34,923 nt of DNA from a virus: UHGV virus genome UHGV-0335080. One strand, 5' to 3'. The position numbers and the translations under genes were made by a program. The notes under the pieces are model-generated. The model did not search any database and had not been told where the DNA came from. It was given only the letters and a program-made list of their open reading frames with translations. Of the stretch, positions 32,749 through 34,923 are shown in pieces (within the stretch, counting starts at the first letter, position 1; every line of letters begins with the position of its first letter).

Positions 32749-34923
32749 TTTTGCCGATCTGACAGCTGTTCTTACACTGGATTCAACCCGTTTTTCTGAA
32801 GAGGCTGCACGGGTAAAGAAAGAACTGGGTGAAACCAGTGACCTTGCGGATTTGATGGCCGGGCGTGTCAGCCAGTCTTTTAAGAAACAGGCCGCTGCTG
32901 TTGAGCAGGGGCTGAGCCGTCAGGCGCTGGCTGCACAAAAAGCCGGGATTTCCGTCGGGCAGTATAAAGCGGCCATGCGAACCCTGCCCGCACAGTTTAC
33001 GGATATCGCCACGCAGCTTGCCGGTGGTCAGAATCCCTGGCTGATCCTGCTGCAACAGGGCGGTCAGGTGAAGGACTCCTTCGGCGGGATGATCCCCATG
33101 TTCAGGGGGCTTGCCGGTGCGATCACCCTGCCGATGGTCGGGGTCACCTCGCTGGCGGTGGCGACAGGTGCGCTGGTGTACGCCTGGTACCAGGGAGATT
33201 CCACGCTTTCAGCGTTTAATAAAACCCTGGTTCTTTCCGGTAATCAGTCCGGACTGACTGCCGATCGTATGCTGACTCTCTCAAGAGCCGGGCAGGCAGC
33301 AGGGCTGACGTTTAACCAGGCGAGAGAGTCACTGGCAGCCCTGGTGAATGCCGGTGTGCGTGGTGGTGAACAGTTTGATGCCATCAACCAGAGTGTCGCG
33401 CGTTTTGCGTCTGCATCCGGTGTGGAGGTGGATAAAGTCGCTGAAGCCTTCGGGAAGCTGACCACTGACCCGACGTCGGGACTGATGGCGATGGCGCGCC
33501 AGTTCCGTAACGTGACGGCAGAGCAGATTGCGTATGTTGCACAGCTGCAGCGTTCCGGAGACGAGGCCGGGGCATTGCAGGCGGCGAACGATATCGCCAC
33601 GAAAGGCTTTGATGAGCAGACCCGTCGCCTGAAAGAAAACATGGGAACACTGGAGACCTGGGCGGATAAAACAGGGAAGGCATTCAAATCGATGTGGGAT
33701 GCCATTCTGGATATCGGTCGTCCTGAATCCTCAGCGGATATGCTCGCCAGTGCGCAGAAGGCATTTGATGAGGCGGATAAAAAATGGCAGTGGTACCAGA
33801 GCCGGAGCCAGCGCCGGGGAAAGACCTCCTCTTTTCGTGCCAACCTTCAGGGCGCATGGGATGACCGGGAAAATGCCCGTCTGGGTCTGGCAGCGGCCAC
33901 GCTGCAGTCGGATATGGAAAAAGCCGGTGAACTGGCGGCAAGGGACCGGGCTGAGCGTGAGGCGTCACAGCTGAAGTATACCGGAGAGGCGCAGAAGGCG
34001 TATGAGCGCCTGCTGACGCCACTGGAGAAATATACCGCCCGGCAGGAAGAGCTGAATAAGGCCCTGAAAGACGGGAAAATCCTGCAGGCGGATTACAACA
34101 CGCTGATGGCGTCGGCAAAAAAGGATTATGAGTCGACGCAGAAAAAGCCGTCCGGTGTGAAGGTGTCTGCCGGTGAGCGCCAGGAAGACCAGGCGCATGC
34201 AGCCCTGCTGGCGCTTGAAACTGAGCTCAGGACGCTGGAGAAGCACAGCGGTGCGAATGAAAAAATCAGCCAGCAGCGCCGTGATTTATGGAAAGCGGAA
34301 AATCAGTATGTGGTCCTGAAAGAGGCCGCCACGAAACGGCAGTTATCTGAGCAGGAAAAATCCCTGCTGGCTCATGAGAAAGAGACGCTGGAGTACAAAC
34401 GCCAGCTGGCTGAGCTGGGAGACAAGATTGAACACCAGAAGCGGCTGAATGAGCTGGCACAGCAGGCGGCGCGGTTTGAACAGCAGCAGAGCGCGAAGCA
34501 GGCGGCAATCAGCGCAAAAGCCCGCGGCCTCACTGACCGTCAGGCGCAGCGGGAGTCGGAAGAGCAGCGCCTTCGTGAGGTGTACGGTGATAATCCGGCT
34601 GCGCTGGCGAAGGCCACATCTGCACTGAAGAACACCTGGTCTGCGGAGGAGCAGCTTCGTGGAAGCTGGATGGCCGGGATGAAGTCCGGCTGGGGCGAGT
34701 GGGCGGAAAGTGCGACGGACAGTTTTTCGCAGGTTAAAAACGCGGCCACGCAGACCTTTGACGGTATTGCACAGAATATGGCAGCGATGCTGACCGGCAG
34801 CGAACAGAACTGGCGCAGCTTCACCCGTTCCGTGCTGTCCATGATGACAGAAATTCTGCTTAAGCAGGCAATGGTGGGGATTGTCGGGAGTATCGGCAGC
34901 GCCATTGGCGGGGCTGTTGGTGG
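32738..34923 (+). CDS. H: Tail tape measure protein H (3' partial, runs off window end)
   Basis: Open frame from ATG 32738 to window end with no stop; MAGNFADLTAVLTLDSTRF... with long helical repeats; not in ORF track because unterminated. Confidence 0.85.
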   Translation, partial: MAGNFADLTAVLTLDSTRFSEEAARVKKELGETSDLADLMAGRVSQSFKKQAAAVEQGLSRQALAAQKAGISVGQYKAAMRTLPAQFTDIATQLAGGQNPWLILLQQGGQVKDSFGGMIPMFRGLAGAITLPMVGVTSLAVATGALVYAWYQGDSTLSAFNKTLVLSGNQSGLTADRMLTLSRAGQAAGLTFNQARESLAALVNAGVRGGEQFDAINQSVARFASASGVEVDKVAEAFGKLTTDPTSGLMAMARQFRNVTAEQIAYVAQLQRSGDEAGALQAANDIATKGFDEQTRRLKENMGTLETWADKTGKAFKSMWDAILDIGRPESSADMLASAQKAFDEADKKWQWYQSRSQRRGKTSSFRANLQGAWDDRENARLGLAAATLQSDMEKAGELAARDRAEREASQLKYTGEAQKAYERLLTPLEKYTARQEELNKALKDGKILQADYNTLMASAKKDYESTQKKPSGVKVSAGERQEDQAHAALLALETELRTLEKHSGANEKISQQRRDLWKAENQYVVLKEAATKRQLSEQEKSLLAHEKETLEYKRQLAELGDKIEHQKRLNELAQQAARFEQQQSAKQAAISAKARGLTDRQAQRESEEQRLREVYGDNPAALAKATSALKNTWSAEEQLRGSWMAGMKSGWGEWAESATDSFSQVKNAATQTFDGIAQNMAAMLTGSEQNWRSFTRSVLSMMTEILLKQAMVGIVGSIGSAIGGAVG

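Overview
This window reads as about 35 kb of a lambda-like (lambdoid) temperate prophage from an enterobacterial genome, in canonical prophage order. All calls come from reading the ORF translations and the DNA by eye; no database search was run. Left to right: an SOS-boxed dinI-like gene; integrase and excisionase (minus strand); a tightly packed, translationally coupled early-left operon of about 12 small uncharacterised genes; an immunity region with a LexA-like (S24) CI repressor flanked on both sides by repeated TGATAC-core operator-like sites; an early-right operon with three Rha-family genes, a replication initiator with in-gene iterons, a DnaC-like loader and a DnaB-like helicase; a DUF968 protein and a Q-like antiterminator; a structured noncoding region with two intrinsic terminators; a NanS-p-type sialate O-acetylesterase cargo gene; a lysis cassette (holin, SAR endolysin, Rz/Rz1) interrupted by insertions; a lambda-like cos site; then terminase, portal, a protease-capsid fusion, tail genes with a G/GT frameshift, and a tape-measure gene running off the window end. 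No tRNA, CRISPR, Shiga toxin, bor or lom was found. The best candidates for something undescribed are (i) a low-GC convergent two-gene insertion between holin and endolysin, (ii) four coupled small hydrophobic peptides between endolysin and Rz, (iii) the gene block immediately downstream of cI, and (iv) paralogous Rha-domain proteins with an unrecognised N-terminal domain.
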